Under the pieces are notes generated by a model. It was given only the letters and a program-made list of their open reading frames with translations. It made no database searches and was not told the origin of the DNA. From an uncultured Anaerolineaceae bacterium (lineage in GTDB: Bacteria > Chloroflexota > Dehalococcoidia > Tepidiformales > Tepidiformaceae), in NCBI GenBank assembly GCA_964533605.1, contig CAZHMF010000003.1:1-58577 (forward strand): a stretch of DNA of 58,577 nt. Reading direction: 5' to 3'. Of this stretch, positions 10,931 to 20,050 are shown in pieces; the stretch's first letter is position 1; every line of letters starts with the position of its first letter. The translations under genes were made by a program, and so were the position numbers.

Positions 10931-11785
10931 ATGAGAGTTTCGCCTCCGCGCGTGTTTCCCGACGTTTCCCGGGCGCCCCGACCGGCCGCCGGCTCCCCCG
11001 GTTCCGACGCACACCGGCAGACTGGCTTCGTTCTCGGCGCCGAGATCGAGGCGATCCTCGAAGGGCTCCGCTGCGAAGCACAGATCGCCGAGCACCTGTC
11101 CGCGGCGAAGTTCCGCAAGATGGAGATAGCGGGGTTCTTCGTCTTCTTCTCGCGCAGCTGGCTCTCCCGCGTGGAGGCTCTGCACGCGGCCGAGGGCGGA
11201 AACTACGTCTCATCCTTCCCCCTCCTTCGCGCCGCAGCCGACTACGCGGCTGCCGCCACCTCGATGCTCGGCAGCGGCGGCGAGGAATGGACGAACTGGG
11301 CCACCGCGGGAGGAATCGGCCGGGCCCCGGAGGAGCATGCCACGGAGTTCGCTCTCCATCCTTTCCGATCGGCCGAGGAGCTGGCGCGGAACCCGAACCT
11401 GGGCGGCCTCTATCGAGCCGCCACTGTCCTCACGCTGCCCCACTTCGGGGCCACGGCCCTTATCGCCGCGAATGCATCCGGTGAGGAGCGCTTCGCCGCC
11501 ACCTTCGGCGATCGGGACTTCCACCTCGGCCTCGCCGAGCTGGCGCTCGGCCTTCTCGCCGGCCTCGGCAGGGAGCATCTCCAGCTCACCATCGGTGCCG
11601 GCCAGCGGCTGGCCCTCGGAGACCTGGAACTCCGGGCCTCGGAGCTGGTCGCAGGCCTCTCCGGGATCGTGTCCCGTCCCGACCGTTGCCGTCTGGACTT
11701 CGTGGAGATCGAAGGACGGGAGCGCGCCTCGGTTGAGCGGTTCCGCCGTGCGCCCGGCGGGGCAGCCGCCCGGTTCATCTTGTGA
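10931..11785 (+). CDS. hypothetical protein (no recognisable domain)
   Basis: Frame of ORF 10793..11785(+) with strong GC3 bias. Start placed at ATG 10931 to avoid a 115-nt overlap with eno. No signal peptide. Confidence 0.5.
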   Translation: MRVSPPRVFPDVSRAPRPAAGSPGSDAHRQTGFVLGAEIEAILEGLRCEAQIAEHLSAAKFRKMEIAGFFVFFSRSWLSRVEALHAAEGGNYVSSFPLLRAAADYAAAATSMLGSGGEEWTNWATAGGIGRAPEEHATEFALHPFRSAEELARNPNLGGLYRAATVLTLPHFGATALIAANASGEERFAATFGDRDFHLGLAELALGLLAGLGREHLQLTIGAGQRLALGDLELRASELVAGLSGIVSRPDRCRLDFVEIEGRERASVERFRRAPGGAAARFIL

Positions 11786-12189
11786 TCCACGACTCACGTC
11801 CCCGGCTGCTGGTGGCCGTCGTGATCTCCGTCTTCTTTGCAGCCGTCGTGGCCTCCTGTGCATATTCGGCGAACGATGCCGACCGCGCTTACCTGAGAGC
11901 GTTCTGTCTGGCCGTTGACGGATTCAGCGACTCTCTGGCAGCGGGCGATCCGGGCGCTGCTCTGGCGGAGTTCGCCGAGGAACTGGAGGCCATCGATCCG
12001 TCGCAACGTCTGGAGGGCTTTCACCGGGACTTTGTCGCCTTTGTTCGGGAGGCCCTGGCCGCCCCGGCCCGGCCTGTACGGGGACAGCCTCCCCACCCCG
12101 ACGCAGAGACCCGCGCAGCCCTTGCCTCCATCGAGAACGAGATTGCCGAATGCTGGAACGCCGCGTACTTCGAGGCTGCGGCTCCGTAG
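11782..12189 (+). CDS. putative lipoprotein, function unknown
   Basis: N-terminal hydrophobic helix followed by a lipobox-like VVASC. Its GTG start overlaps the upstream TGA (GTGA). Confidence 0.55.
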   Translation: MIHDSRPRLLVAVVISVFFAAVVASCAYSANDADRAYLRAFCLAVDGFSDSLAAGDPGAALAEFAEELEAIDPSQRLEGFHRDFVAFVREALAAPARPVRGQPPHPDAETRAALASIENEIAECWNAAYFEAAAP

Positions 12190-12253
12190 CTCCGGAGATC
12201 CCTGCCTGGCGCTATACTTGCTTCACTCGGAGACCCCATCAAGGAGTGCTTGC

Positions 12254-13183
12254 ATGCCAACCCCGCTCGTCTACCTCCAGGGGAAGGTGGTTCCACTCGA
12301 GGACGCCAGGATCAGCGTCATGACGCACGCCCTTCACTACGGCACCGCTGTGTTCGAAGGGATTCGCGGGAACTGGAACGATGACGACGGCTGCCACTAC
12401 CTGTTCCGCATGCGCGAGCACTACGAGCGGCTTCATCAGAGCGCGAAGATCCTCATGCTGGAATGCAAGGACTCCGCCGAGAAGCTCTGCGAGATCACGC
12501 TCGAACTCGTCGAGCGCGGCAACTACTCCGGAGAGGACATCTACATTCGCCCCCTCGTCTACACGTCGTCCGAAGTCCTCGGCGTCCGTGTGCATAACCT
12601 CGACTTCGACACGCTCGTCTTTGTGACGCCCTTTCCCGCCTACTTACCCGAGGTCGCCCGCTGCCATACGAGCACCTGGCGGCGTGTCGACGACATGGGA
12701 ATCCCACCTCGCGCAAAGGTCACCGGGATCTACGCCAACAGCGCTCTTGCGAAGACCGAAGCGAACCTGAACGGCTTCGACGAGGCGATCCTCCTCAACC
12801 CCGACGGACACGTCTCCGAGGGCAGCGGCGAGAACATTTTCATCATTCGGAACGGCAAGCTGATAACTCCCTCGTCGGCGGACAATGTCCTCGAAGGGAT
12901 CACTGCCCGCAGCGTGATCGAACTCGCGGAGAACGAACTCGGAATAGAACTCGTCGAGCGACCCATCGACCGGTCGGAGCTCTATGTGGCGGACGAAGTG
13001 TTCATGACTGGGACGGCGGCTCATCTCACGCCCGTCGTGGAGGTCGACCGGCGCCAGGTCGGAAACGGCAACCCGGGGCCGATCACTTCCCGGCTGAGCG
13101 CTCTCTACTACGACTGCATCCGGGGCAACAACGAGAAGTACGAGCACTGGTGCACGCCGGCCCGGGTCCGAGTCACCCAGTAG
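12254..13183 (+). CDS. ilvE: branched-chain amino acid aminotransferase (fold type IV)
   Basis: ATG 12254 is preceded by AAGGAG at 12241. HYGTAVFEGIRG, EGSGENIFII, MTGTAAHLTPV. Confidence 0.88.
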   Translation: MPTPLVYLQGKVVPLEDARISVMTHALHYGTAVFEGIRGNWNDDDGCHYLFRMREHYERLHQSAKILMLECKDSAEKLCEITLELVERGNYSGEDIYIRPLVYTSSEVLGVRVHNLDFDTLVFVTPFPAYLPEVARCHTSTWRRVDDMGIPPRAKVTGIYANSALAKTEANLNGFDEAILLNPDGHVSEGSGENIFIIRNGKLITPSSADNVLEGITARSVIELAENELGIELVERPIDRSELYVADEVFMTGTAAHLTPVVEVDRRQVGNGNPGPITSRLSALYYDCIRGNNEKYEHWCTPARVRVTQ

Positions 13184-14088
13184 CAACCGCCGTAACGTTC
13201 CGGCCTCCTCGGCTGGCGGGGATTGCCACGGGCAGCGGGTTCGCCCTGCTGTCCGCAGTTGCCGCTCTCCTTGCCGGCTTCATCGCCGCCCGGTCGGAGC
13301 CGGAACTGCGGACAGCCCTCGGCTGGCTCGCAGCGGGCGGGCTCGGGATCGCCGCCCTGCTCTTCGCGAGCTGGACTTTCTCTGTGGCCACGCTCGCTTA
13401 CAGGCTCGAAGCCGGAAACCTGGTAGTCCGCTGGGGCCTCCGGAGCACGGAGGTTGCTCTCTCGAGCATCCAATCGGTGATGCCGGGGAGGACTGTCGAT
13501 CGGATCAGCGTCCGCGGCATCAACTGGTTGGGTTGCCACGTTGGCGAAGCGGAACTCCGCCGGTTTGGTCCGACGCTCGTCTTCGCGACTACGATCGAGC
13601 CGGAGTCACTCGTGTTTGTGACGACCGAGACTGAGGTGTACGGCCTCAGCGTCGCCCGTCAGGCCGAGTTCGTCGAGGAGATAGAATCCCATCGAAAGGC
13701 AGGTCCTCCTCCCCATCATCCACAGCACACGAGAGTAACCGGCATCGCTGCCCTGCCGGTCTGGCGGGATCGGACCGCCCTGGCTGCGCTCCTCACAGCC
13801 TTCTTCGGCTGTGCGCTGGTTGTCGGATTCGTGTTCGGCCAGTACCCCAGCGTGGCTCCCATCATCGAGACCAACTTCCCGGGGTCGGCGGATGTCGTTC
13901 GCGTCGGTAGCAAGCAGGAACTTCTCGGGATCGCCTACCTCGCCGCCGCGGTAGTCGCCGTCAACTCAGCCGCCGGGGTGATGATCCACGCACGCGATCG
14001 GGCCGCAGGTATCTGGATGCTCGCATCCGGGACCCTGCTTCAGGCGGTGCTTCTGCTCGCGGCAATCATAGCGTTCGAACGGGCCTGA
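13150..14088 (+). CDS. membrane protein with bacterial PH-like (YdbS/YdbT-type) segment
   Basis: Two N-terminal TM helices, then YRLEAGNLVVRWGLRSTEVALSSIQSV, then further TM helices. The start is uncertain; GTG 13150 overlaps ilvE by 34 nt. Confidence 0.45.
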   Translation: MHAGPGPSHPVATAVTFRPPRLAGIATGSGFALLSAVAALLAGFIAARSEPELRTALGWLAAGGLGIAALLFASWTFSVATLAYRLEAGNLVVRWGLRSTEVALSSIQSVMPGRTVDRISVRGINWLGCHVGEAELRRFGPTLVFATTIEPESLVFVTTETEVYGLSVARQAEFVEEIESHRKAGPPPHHPQHTRVTGIAALPVWRDRTALAALLTAFFGCALVVGFVFGQYPSVAPIIETNFPGSADVVRVGSKQELLGIAYLAAAVVAVNSAAGVMIHARDRAAGIWMLASGTLLQAVLLLAAIIAFERA

Positions 14089-14115
14089 ACCTCCGCGGTC
14101 GTCTCCGGCGAACGG

Positions 14116-14736
14116 TTATGGGAGCAGCTCCATGATTCCGTCTGCCATGGCTCTCCGGATCTTCCCGGCTGCCTCGGGGTCACGGGAGAGCGTGTGTGCG
14201 ATGACGATGACAGATCCCTGCCGGTAGATGTCGGTCCAGATCTGGTTGCCCGAACTGTCGGCCCTTGACGAGACGTAGCCGTGGGATTCGTCCGGACCGC
14301 TGACCGGCTCGGAGTCCACGTTCTTCGGGTCGATCGGAAAGACCTGGCCGGCGGGAGGGGCCTTCCATCCCTCAACCTGGGTCTTGAAGTCGGTGCGCGC
14401 CGCCACTTCCGAGGGATAGGTGCGGATTTCCGCTCGGGCTGCCCCCGAGGCGCCGCTGTAGACTGCGAACGCGATCGCGAAGCCGGCTGGTCCCGGAATG
14501 ACCTCGACCGGTTCTCGCGTCAGCCCTTCCGCGCTCAGGTCCGGGAACAGGTCCCTCGGGTTCGGAGGTTCCGGTGTGGCGGTCGGTGTGGCGGTCGGTG
14601 TGGCGGTCGGTGTGGCAGTCGGAGACGCCGCCGGCCCCTCGTCGTCGCTGCCGTCCCCACTGCAGGCCGGGACCGCCAGGAAGAGCGTTGCCGCCAGGAG
14701 CGTCGCCACCAGCGGAGCGAATGCGATCGGCCTCAA
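14116..14736 (-). CDS. lipoprotein with (TPTA)4 linker, function unknown
   Basis: Signal peptide plus lipobox LAVPAC. The TTG start at 14736 overlaps the upstream TGA (TTGA). The upstream part of ORF 14116..15033 is out-of-frame overlap with the neighbouring gene. Confidence 0.6.
   Translation of the reverse strand: MRPIAFAPLVATLLAATLFLAVPACSGDGSDDEGPAASPTATPTATPTATPTATPEPPNPRDLFPDLSAEGLTREPVEVIPGPAGFAIAFAVYSGASGAARAEIRTYPSEVAARTDFKTQVEGWKAPPAGQVFPIDPKNVDSEPVSGPDESHGYVSSRADSSGNQIWTDIYRQGSVIVIAHTLSRDPEAAGKIRRAMADGIMELLP
14573..14620. repeat. 12-bp tandem repeat GGTGTGGCGGTC x4 (last copy has one G>A)
   Basis: Counted directly in the sequence. It encodes the TPTA repeats of the lipoprotein linker on the minus strand. 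Confidence 0.9.
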
Positions 14737-15368
14737 CGCAGCCTGGCCGTCAGCTCGATGATCTCGACGGCGTTCTCCACCGACAACGAGTCGGTGCTTA
14801 TCGCGATGTCGTAGTTGGCGGCTTCGAGCCAATCGATGCCGAAGAAGCGGCGGAAGTAGTCGGCCCTTTCCGAATCCGTCCGCTCGATGGTTCTTGCGGC
14901 GATCTTCTCGTCGGCCGCCATGCTCGTCATGACGCGGGCGGTCCGCGTCGCCAGAGATGCTGTGATCATCGCCTTGAGCGTGTCCTGCCTGTCGCGGAGC
15001 ACCCGCATGGCTCCGTGGCCGACGATGACGCAATCGCCCGCATCGGCCGTCTCGCGGATCACGTCACCGACGAACTCGCGGTAGTCGCGCGACGTGAATA
15101 GGGGGTGGGTGGTCAACGGGGCCGGATCGGCCCAGGTCACGGAGGGGACGCTCGGGTTGCGGGCGAGGGACTCGAGCACGCGGGTGAGCAGAGATGGTGT
15201 GTGCTCGGCTTCGCTCACGGTTTCGGGCGAGACTCCGGCCTCGTGGGCGGCATTCTGGATGAGCTGGTAGTCGATGTAACGGAACTTGAGCCTCCGGGCG
15301 AGGCCCAGGGCCACGTCTTCGCCGGCCGTGCCAATCTGCCTTGAAACCGTGATCACTCTTGTGTGCAT
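14733..15368 (-). CDS. cytidylate-kinase-like family protein
   Basis: ITVSRQIGTAGEDVALGLARRLKFRYIDYQLI N-terminus and a C-terminal SERADYFRRFFGIDW, characteristic of the Cytidylate_kin2 family. Confidence 0.7.
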   Translation of the reverse strand: MHTRVITVSRQIGTAGEDVALGLARRLKFRYIDYQLIQNAAHEAGVSPETVSEAEHTPSLLTRVLESLARNPSVPSVTWADPAPLTTHPLFTSRDYREFVGDVIRETADAGDCVIVGHGAMRVLRDRQDTLKAMITASLATRTARVMTSMAADEKIAARTIERTDSERADYFRRFFGIDWLEAANYDIAISTDSLSVENAVEIIELTARLR

Positions 15369-15435
15369 CGCCCTCAGACTCCAGCAGTGTGGCCGAATTC
15401 TAGCGCGAAACGCGGGTTTGTCGCTGAGGCAGGGT

Positions 15436-16758
15436 CTAGGTTAAGAGCGCGGCCTTCTGCATCTCACTTCCGAGCGCCCGGACCAGCTCCGGCAGAAAGC
15501 GTGCCCCGGCCAGCCCGTTGAGGACTTCGAGCGCATCCGAGGGAGTCATGGCGGATCGGTGTGGCCGGTCGCTGATGAGCGCCTCGTAGGTCTCGGCGAT
15601 CCCTATGATCTGGGCCTCGATCGGCAGTTCCTCGCCTGCCAGCCCTACAGGGTAGCCGCGGCCGTCGACTCGCTCGTGGTGACAGGCCACCCACCAGGCG
15701 ATCACCCCCAGGCCGGGCAGCTCGCTGAGGATGTCTCGAGCGAGGACGGGGTGATTCTGAACGTCGGCGAGTTCATCGATCGTCAGGAGGTCGGGCTTGC
15801 GAACATAGGAAGCAGGAACACCCGGTGTGCCGATGTCCTGGAGCATGGCTGCGAGGCCCATCAGGCGGGCACGTCCTTCGCGCTCACCGAAGCGCAACGC
15901 GAGCGCCTCCGCCATGCCGGCGATTCTCTGAGACCGTCCCGGGGGATGGCCGTTTCGCGTGTCGACGAGCCGTGCGAGCACGCCGAATATCTCGGTGGCC
16001 CGGGCACTGTCGAGGTGTTGGCCGGGGTGCTCGACGATCAGAGTCGATACAAGGTCATTGTCGTAGTAGCCGATCCAGAACTGGTCCTCGCCGCTGAGGT
16101 CTCTGAGAGCGTCGGCGATTTCGTCGCCGAAGCCGTCGGCGGCCATACTGCGGGCGATCTCCGGTCCTCGCCGTCGTACGAGCAGAGCTGAGCGGCCGCC
16201 CGCGGTTATTGAGTCCAGGCGCTCGGCGGCTGCGACTATTCTGGCGATGACTCGACCCTTGGGCGCCCCCGATCCGGGTTTCGGCGCCAACCACCCGTAG
16301 CGTTTGTGCTCGACGATTGCGGAGGCCACCGAAGGCCTCAGGCCGAACCCGTCGACGAGCTCACAAATCGGCGCGGCGGACGCCTCGGCGTCGGTCCCCC
16401 CTTCGCTGCCGGTTACCTTGGCGACGTCGTGGAGGAGGCAGGCGAAGTAGACGTCTTCAGTCTCTTCGTCCGTAAGCTCCATCTGGCCGGCGATGCGCCG
16501 TCCGACATAGCCGACCCGGCTTGCATGCCCGGGCTCACGCCCCTCTGCCAGGTCGAAGACACGGCTCGAGACGGCCATCAGTGCGCCCTGATCGACTTCC
16601 CACGAATCCGACGGCTCTTCGTAGATCGGCGGGGTTGCGAGTCCCGCGATGGCCGACCGGAGTTCCCGCCCCATCTGCTTCACGTGTGTTGACCCCCAGC
16701 TCTCCTCCTTGATATCGGCATGACAGCGCGTTCCCATGAGCCCCGGTGGTGTCTGCAC
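15436..16758 (-). CDS. tandem HD-domain protein with C-terminal HD-GYP (cyclic-di-GMP phosphodiesterase-like)
   Basis: LLHDVAKV in the first HD domain and HHERVDGRGYP in the second. The start is uncertain; in-frame alternatives include GTG 16683. Confidence 0.72.
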   Translation of the reverse strand: MQTPPGLMGTRCHADIKEESWGSTHVKQMGRELRSAIAGLATPPIYEEPSDSWEVDQGALMAVSSRVFDLAEGREPGHASRVGYVGRRIAGQMELTDEETEDVYFACLLHDVAKVTGSEGGTDAEASAAPICELVDGFGLRPSVASAIVEHKRYGWLAPKPGSGAPKGRVIARIVAAAERLDSITAGGRSALLVRRRGPEIARSMAADGFGDEIADALRDLSGEDQFWIGYYDNDLVSTLIVEHPGQHLDSARATEIFGVLARLVDTRNGHPPGRSQRIAGMAEALALRFGEREGRARLMGLAAMLQDIGTPGVPASYVRKPDLLTIDELADVQNHPVLARDILSELPGLGVIAWWVACHHERVDGRGYPVGLAGEELPIEAQIIGIAETYEALISDRPHRSAMTPSDALEVLNGLAGARFLPELVRALGSEMQKAALLT

Positions 16759-17011
16759 ATCAGTTCGCTTAGCCTTACAGTGGAGGTGTCGCGGCGGACT
16801 TCGCAGCCCGCGGCGAGCCGCGGCAAGGCCGTGGCCCTGTCAGCGAGCAAAGTTGCCGGCGAGCCCGCCGGTTGCAGCGCCGAAACGCCTTCAATCGGGG
16901 CGCCCGGGCCCCCTGGAAAAACGCCCGGCCCGCAAAGTCCCGGCTCGTGCTGAACCATTAGTGGTCCATGAACTGCCGGACGAGCCCGACAACCGGAGGT
17001 CCGCGAACGCC

Positions 17012-18928
17012 ATGACGGCCGTGGAAACAGCAGACGAACGCAACGATCCGCACTTCGAGAAGCGGGAACGTGTGACGGTCCGGTTCGCCGGGGACTCCGG
17101 TGACGGCATGCAGCTCACCGGCACACAGTTCACTCGAACGTCGGCCGTCTTCGGGAACGATGTGGCCACTCTTCCGGACTTCCCCGCCGAGATCCGCGCA
17201 CCGACGGGCTCTCTCCCCGGGGTCTCGGGCTTCCAGGTCTCCTTCGCCAGTGCCGACATCCGGACGCCGGGTGACCAGCCCGACGCACTCGTGGCCATGA
17301 ACCCGGCCGCCCTCAAGGTAAACCTCCGGGATCTCCCGGAGGGCGGGCTGCTGCTCGTCGACGAGGATGAATTTACGCCCGGGAACCTGAAGAAGGCCGG
17401 CTACACGTCGAACCCTCTGGAAGACGGGAGTCTCAAGCCGTACCGCCTCGTCTGCATCGGGATCACGCGCCAGAACGAACTCGCCCTCGAAGACGTCGAC
17501 CTCGAGGCCAGGACGAAGTTCCGGTCTCGCAACTTCTACGCCCTCGGCATCATGCTCTGGCTGTTCGATCGTTCACTCGAAACGACGACAAAGTGGGCCA
17601 CGCAACAGTTTCGGCGAAACCCGGTGGTGCTCGATGCCAACCTCCGTGCGCTTCGGGCCGGCTACAACTTCGGCGAAACCACGGATCTGTTCCAGACCCG
17701 CTATCAGGTTCCCCCGGCTCCCGTGGAGCCTGGACTCTACCGGCACATCAATGGCAACGAGGCCACCGCACTGGGCTTTGTGACGGCTTCGGTGAAGGCC
17801 GGTCTTCCGCTCGTCTACGCCAGCTACCCGATTACACCGGCTTCGGATGTCCTCCACGAGCTCGCCAAACTCAAGCAGTTCGGCATCAAGACCATCCAGG
17901 CCGAAGACGAGATCGCCGCGGTCGGAGCGGCGATCGGCGCCGCCTACGGCGGGCATATGGGTCTGACCGGTACGAGCGGCCCCGGCCTGGCGCTCAAGAG
18001 CGAAGCAATCAACCTGGCCGTCATGACCGAGCTTCCGCTCGTCGTCCTGGATGTTCAGCGGGCCGGCCCGAGCACAGGTATGCCTACCAAGACGGAACAG
18101 GCGGATCTGTTGCAGGCCCTCTTCGGCCGGAACGGTGATTCCGCAGTGGCGGTCCTCGCAGCCGCCACTCCGTCCGATTGCTTCTGGATGGCCATCGAGG
18201 CGTTCCGAATCGCCCTCAAACACATGGTGCCGGTCATTCTCCTGACCGACGGCTATATCGGGAATGGCTCGGAACCCTGGAAGATTCCGGATCTCGAGGA
18301 GGTGGAACCGTTGGAGTGGCGATATGCAGTTCCGAGCGAGGGCTGGCAGCCATACCTCCGGGACCCCGACACACTTGCCCGCTCCTGGGGCGTTCCCGGC
18401 ACTCCGGGGCTGGAGCACCGGATCGGGGGGCTGGAGAAGAGCAGCACGGACGGCTCGATCAGTTACGACCCGGCCAACCATCACAGAATGACCCTCCTCC
18501 GCAACCGGAAGGTCGAGCGGATAGCGCAAAGCATCGCTCCGCTCGAAGTCAACGGCCCCGATGAAGGAGAGCTCGTCGTCGTCGGCTGGGGCGGGACCCA
18601 CGGAGCGATCACGTCGGCGGTCGAGAACGTCCGAAGCCGTGGTCAGAATGTGTCCTCGATCCACATCCGGCACCTCAATCCATTTCCGCCGAATCTCGGC
18701 GAGATCCTCGCGCGCTTCGAGAAGATCCTCGTGCCGGAGCTCAACTATGGTCAGCTGCTACTGCTCCTGCGCGCGCGCTTCCTGAGAGACGCGGTGGGGT
18801 TCAGCAAGGTCGCCGGACAACCGTTCAAGATCACCGAGCTGGAGGCCAAGATCGAGGAGATGCTCGGCCTTCGCGGCCCGTACACCCCACCATTTGAGCC
18901 GGCTGACCTGGTCGGAGGGAGTCACTGA
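17012..18928 (+). CDS. korA: 2-oxoacid:ferredoxin oxidoreductase, alpha subunit (fused gamma-alpha type)
   Basis: VRFAGDSGDGMQLTG..., FPAEIRAP, SYPITPASD, and GPSTGMPTK matching the KorA family. ATG 17012 follows GGAGG. Confidence 0.88.
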   Translation: MTAVETADERNDPHFEKRERVTVRFAGDSGDGMQLTGTQFTRTSAVFGNDVATLPDFPAEIRAPTGSLPGVSGFQVSFASADIRTPGDQPDALVAMNPAALKVNLRDLPEGGLLLVDEDEFTPGNLKKAGYTSNPLEDGSLKPYRLVCIGITRQNELALEDVDLEARTKFRSRNFYALGIMLWLFDRSLETTTKWATQQFRRNPVVLDANLRALRAGYNFGETTDLFQTRYQVPPAPVEPGLYRHINGNEATALGFVTASVKAGLPLVYASYPITPASDVLHELAKLKQFGIKTIQAEDEIAAVGAAIGAAYGGHMGLTGTSGPGLALKSEAINLAVMTELPLVVLDVQRAGPSTGMPTKTEQADLLQALFGRNGDSAVAVLAAATPSDCFWMAIEAFRIALKHMVPVILLTDGYIGNGSEPWKIPDLEEVEPLEWRYAVPSEGWQPYLRDPDTLARSWGVPGTPGLEHRIGGLEKSSTDGSISYDPANHHRMTLLRNRKVERIAQSIAPLEVNGPDEGELVVVGWGGTHGAITSAVENVRSRGQNVSSIHIRHLNPFPPNLGEILARFEKILVPELNYGQLLLLLRARFLRDAVGFSKVAGQPFKITELEAKIEEMLGLRGPYTPPFEPADLVGGSH

Positions 18929-19965
18929 TGGTGATCCAGGCTGCATCAGACGAAGCCGGACAGTCCCAGTCGCATCCCCTCACACGGGCGGACTTCATCT
19001 CCGACCAGGACGTTCGCTGGTGTCCAGGTTGCGGCGACTACTCGATCCTTGCCCAGATGCAGAAGGTCCTCCCCGGGCTGGGCGTTCCCCGAGAGAACAT
19101 CGTCTTCATCAGCGGCATCGGCTGCTCGAGCCGATTCCCCTACTACGTGGAAAGCTACGGCGTCCACAGCATCCACGGCCGCGCCCTCACTTTAGCGACG
19201 GGGCTCAAGACGGCCAGGCCGGAGCTTCAGGTCTTCGTCGTTACCGGCGACGGTGACGGGCTGAGCATCGGCGGCAACCACCTCCTCCACGCCATCCGCC
19301 GCAATCTCGACATCGTAGTGGTCCTCTTCAACAACCGGATCTACGGCCTGACGAAGGGCCAGTACTCGCCGACCTCCGAGTTCGGCAAGGTAACGAAGTC
19401 CTCTCCTCGTGGCACAACCGAGAACCCGCTCAACCCGATTCGCGTGTCCCTGGCGGCGCGAGCGACCTTCGTGGCCCGCTCGCTCGACCGCGACACCCAC
19501 CACCTCGAGAAGACGTTGCGGGAAGCCGCCGCCCACAGGGGCGTGTCGTTTGTCGAGGTCTACCAGAACTGCAACATTTTCAACGACGGTGCGTTCGACG
19601 CGTTCGGCGACCGCGACTACCGCGCCGAACGCATGATCTACCTCGAGCCCGGCCAACCGTTGCGATTCGGCCAGGAGCGTGAGCGGGGGATCCGGCTCAA
19701 GGGACTGAAGCTCGAGGTCGTGGAGAATCCAGAGAGCGATGAGGGCCTGCTGATCCACGAACCCGGTGCCGCCGACCCGACGGCGGCCTACATTCTCGCC
19801 GGGATGGAGTACCCGGACATGCCCGTCCCGATCGGTGTCTTCCGCGATGTCGGCGCACCTGTGTACGAACAGCTCATCGAGGGGCAGATCCGAGATGCGC
19901 GCGAAACCATGCCCGACGACCTGCAAGCGCTTCTGAACGGAACCGAGACCTGGCAGGTGGACTGA
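18928..19965 (+). CDS. korB: 2-oxoacid:ferredoxin oxidoreductase, beta (TPP-binding) subunit
   Basis: WCPGCGDYSIL, GIGCSSRF, TGDGDGLSIGGNH. Its ATG overlaps the korA TGA by 1 nt. Confidence 0.9.
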   Translation: MVIQAASDEAGQSQSHPLTRADFISDQDVRWCPGCGDYSILAQMQKVLPGLGVPRENIVFISGIGCSSRFPYYVESYGVHSIHGRALTLATGLKTARPELQVFVVTGDGDGLSIGGNHLLHAIRRNLDIVVVLFNNRIYGLTKGQYSPTSEFGKVTKSSPRGTTENPLNPIRVSLAARATFVARSLDRDTHHLEKTLREAAAHRGVSFVEVYQNCNIFNDGAFDAFGDRDYRAERMIYLEPGQPLRFGQERERGIRLKGLKLEVVENPESDEGLLIHEPGAADPTAAYILAGMEYPDMPVPIGVFRDVGAPVYEQLIEGQIRDARETMPDDLQALLNGTETWQVD

Positions 19966-20050
19966 CTGCGTAGAGTCCTATCCGACAACCCTCGCCGGCC
20001 AACCGCTCCCCCCGACCGCCGGAAGAGCCGAGGCCCCAGGCACAACCGGA

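Noticed and set aside
11915-12253. Long N-terminal extensions of track ORFs: ilvE; korA 16736-17011; tldD 31367-31864; radical SAM 51263-51400; rpsL 55333-55479; ribE 30759-30881; ispF 50588-50755
   Set aside because: The extensions are Arg/Pro/Ser-rich and lack homology to the protein families. They overlap neighbouring genes or regulatory RNA. Internal starts with RBS-like sequences give canonical N-termini.
14573-14620. Possible CRISPR-like or other non-coding repeat
   Set aside because: It is only four contiguous 12-bp units without spacers, in frame within a lipoprotein gene. It is a coding linker repeat, not a CRISPR array. No other repeat-spacer structure was seen in the window.
16759-17011. 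Possible structured RNA or small ORFs (16720..16953 plus strand, 16680..16958 minus strand) in the HD-GYP/korA divergent region
   Set aside because: I found only short GC hairpins of the kind present throughout this DNA, and nothing resembling a known RNA family. The small ORFs overlap each other and the uncertain 5' end of the HD-GYP gene.
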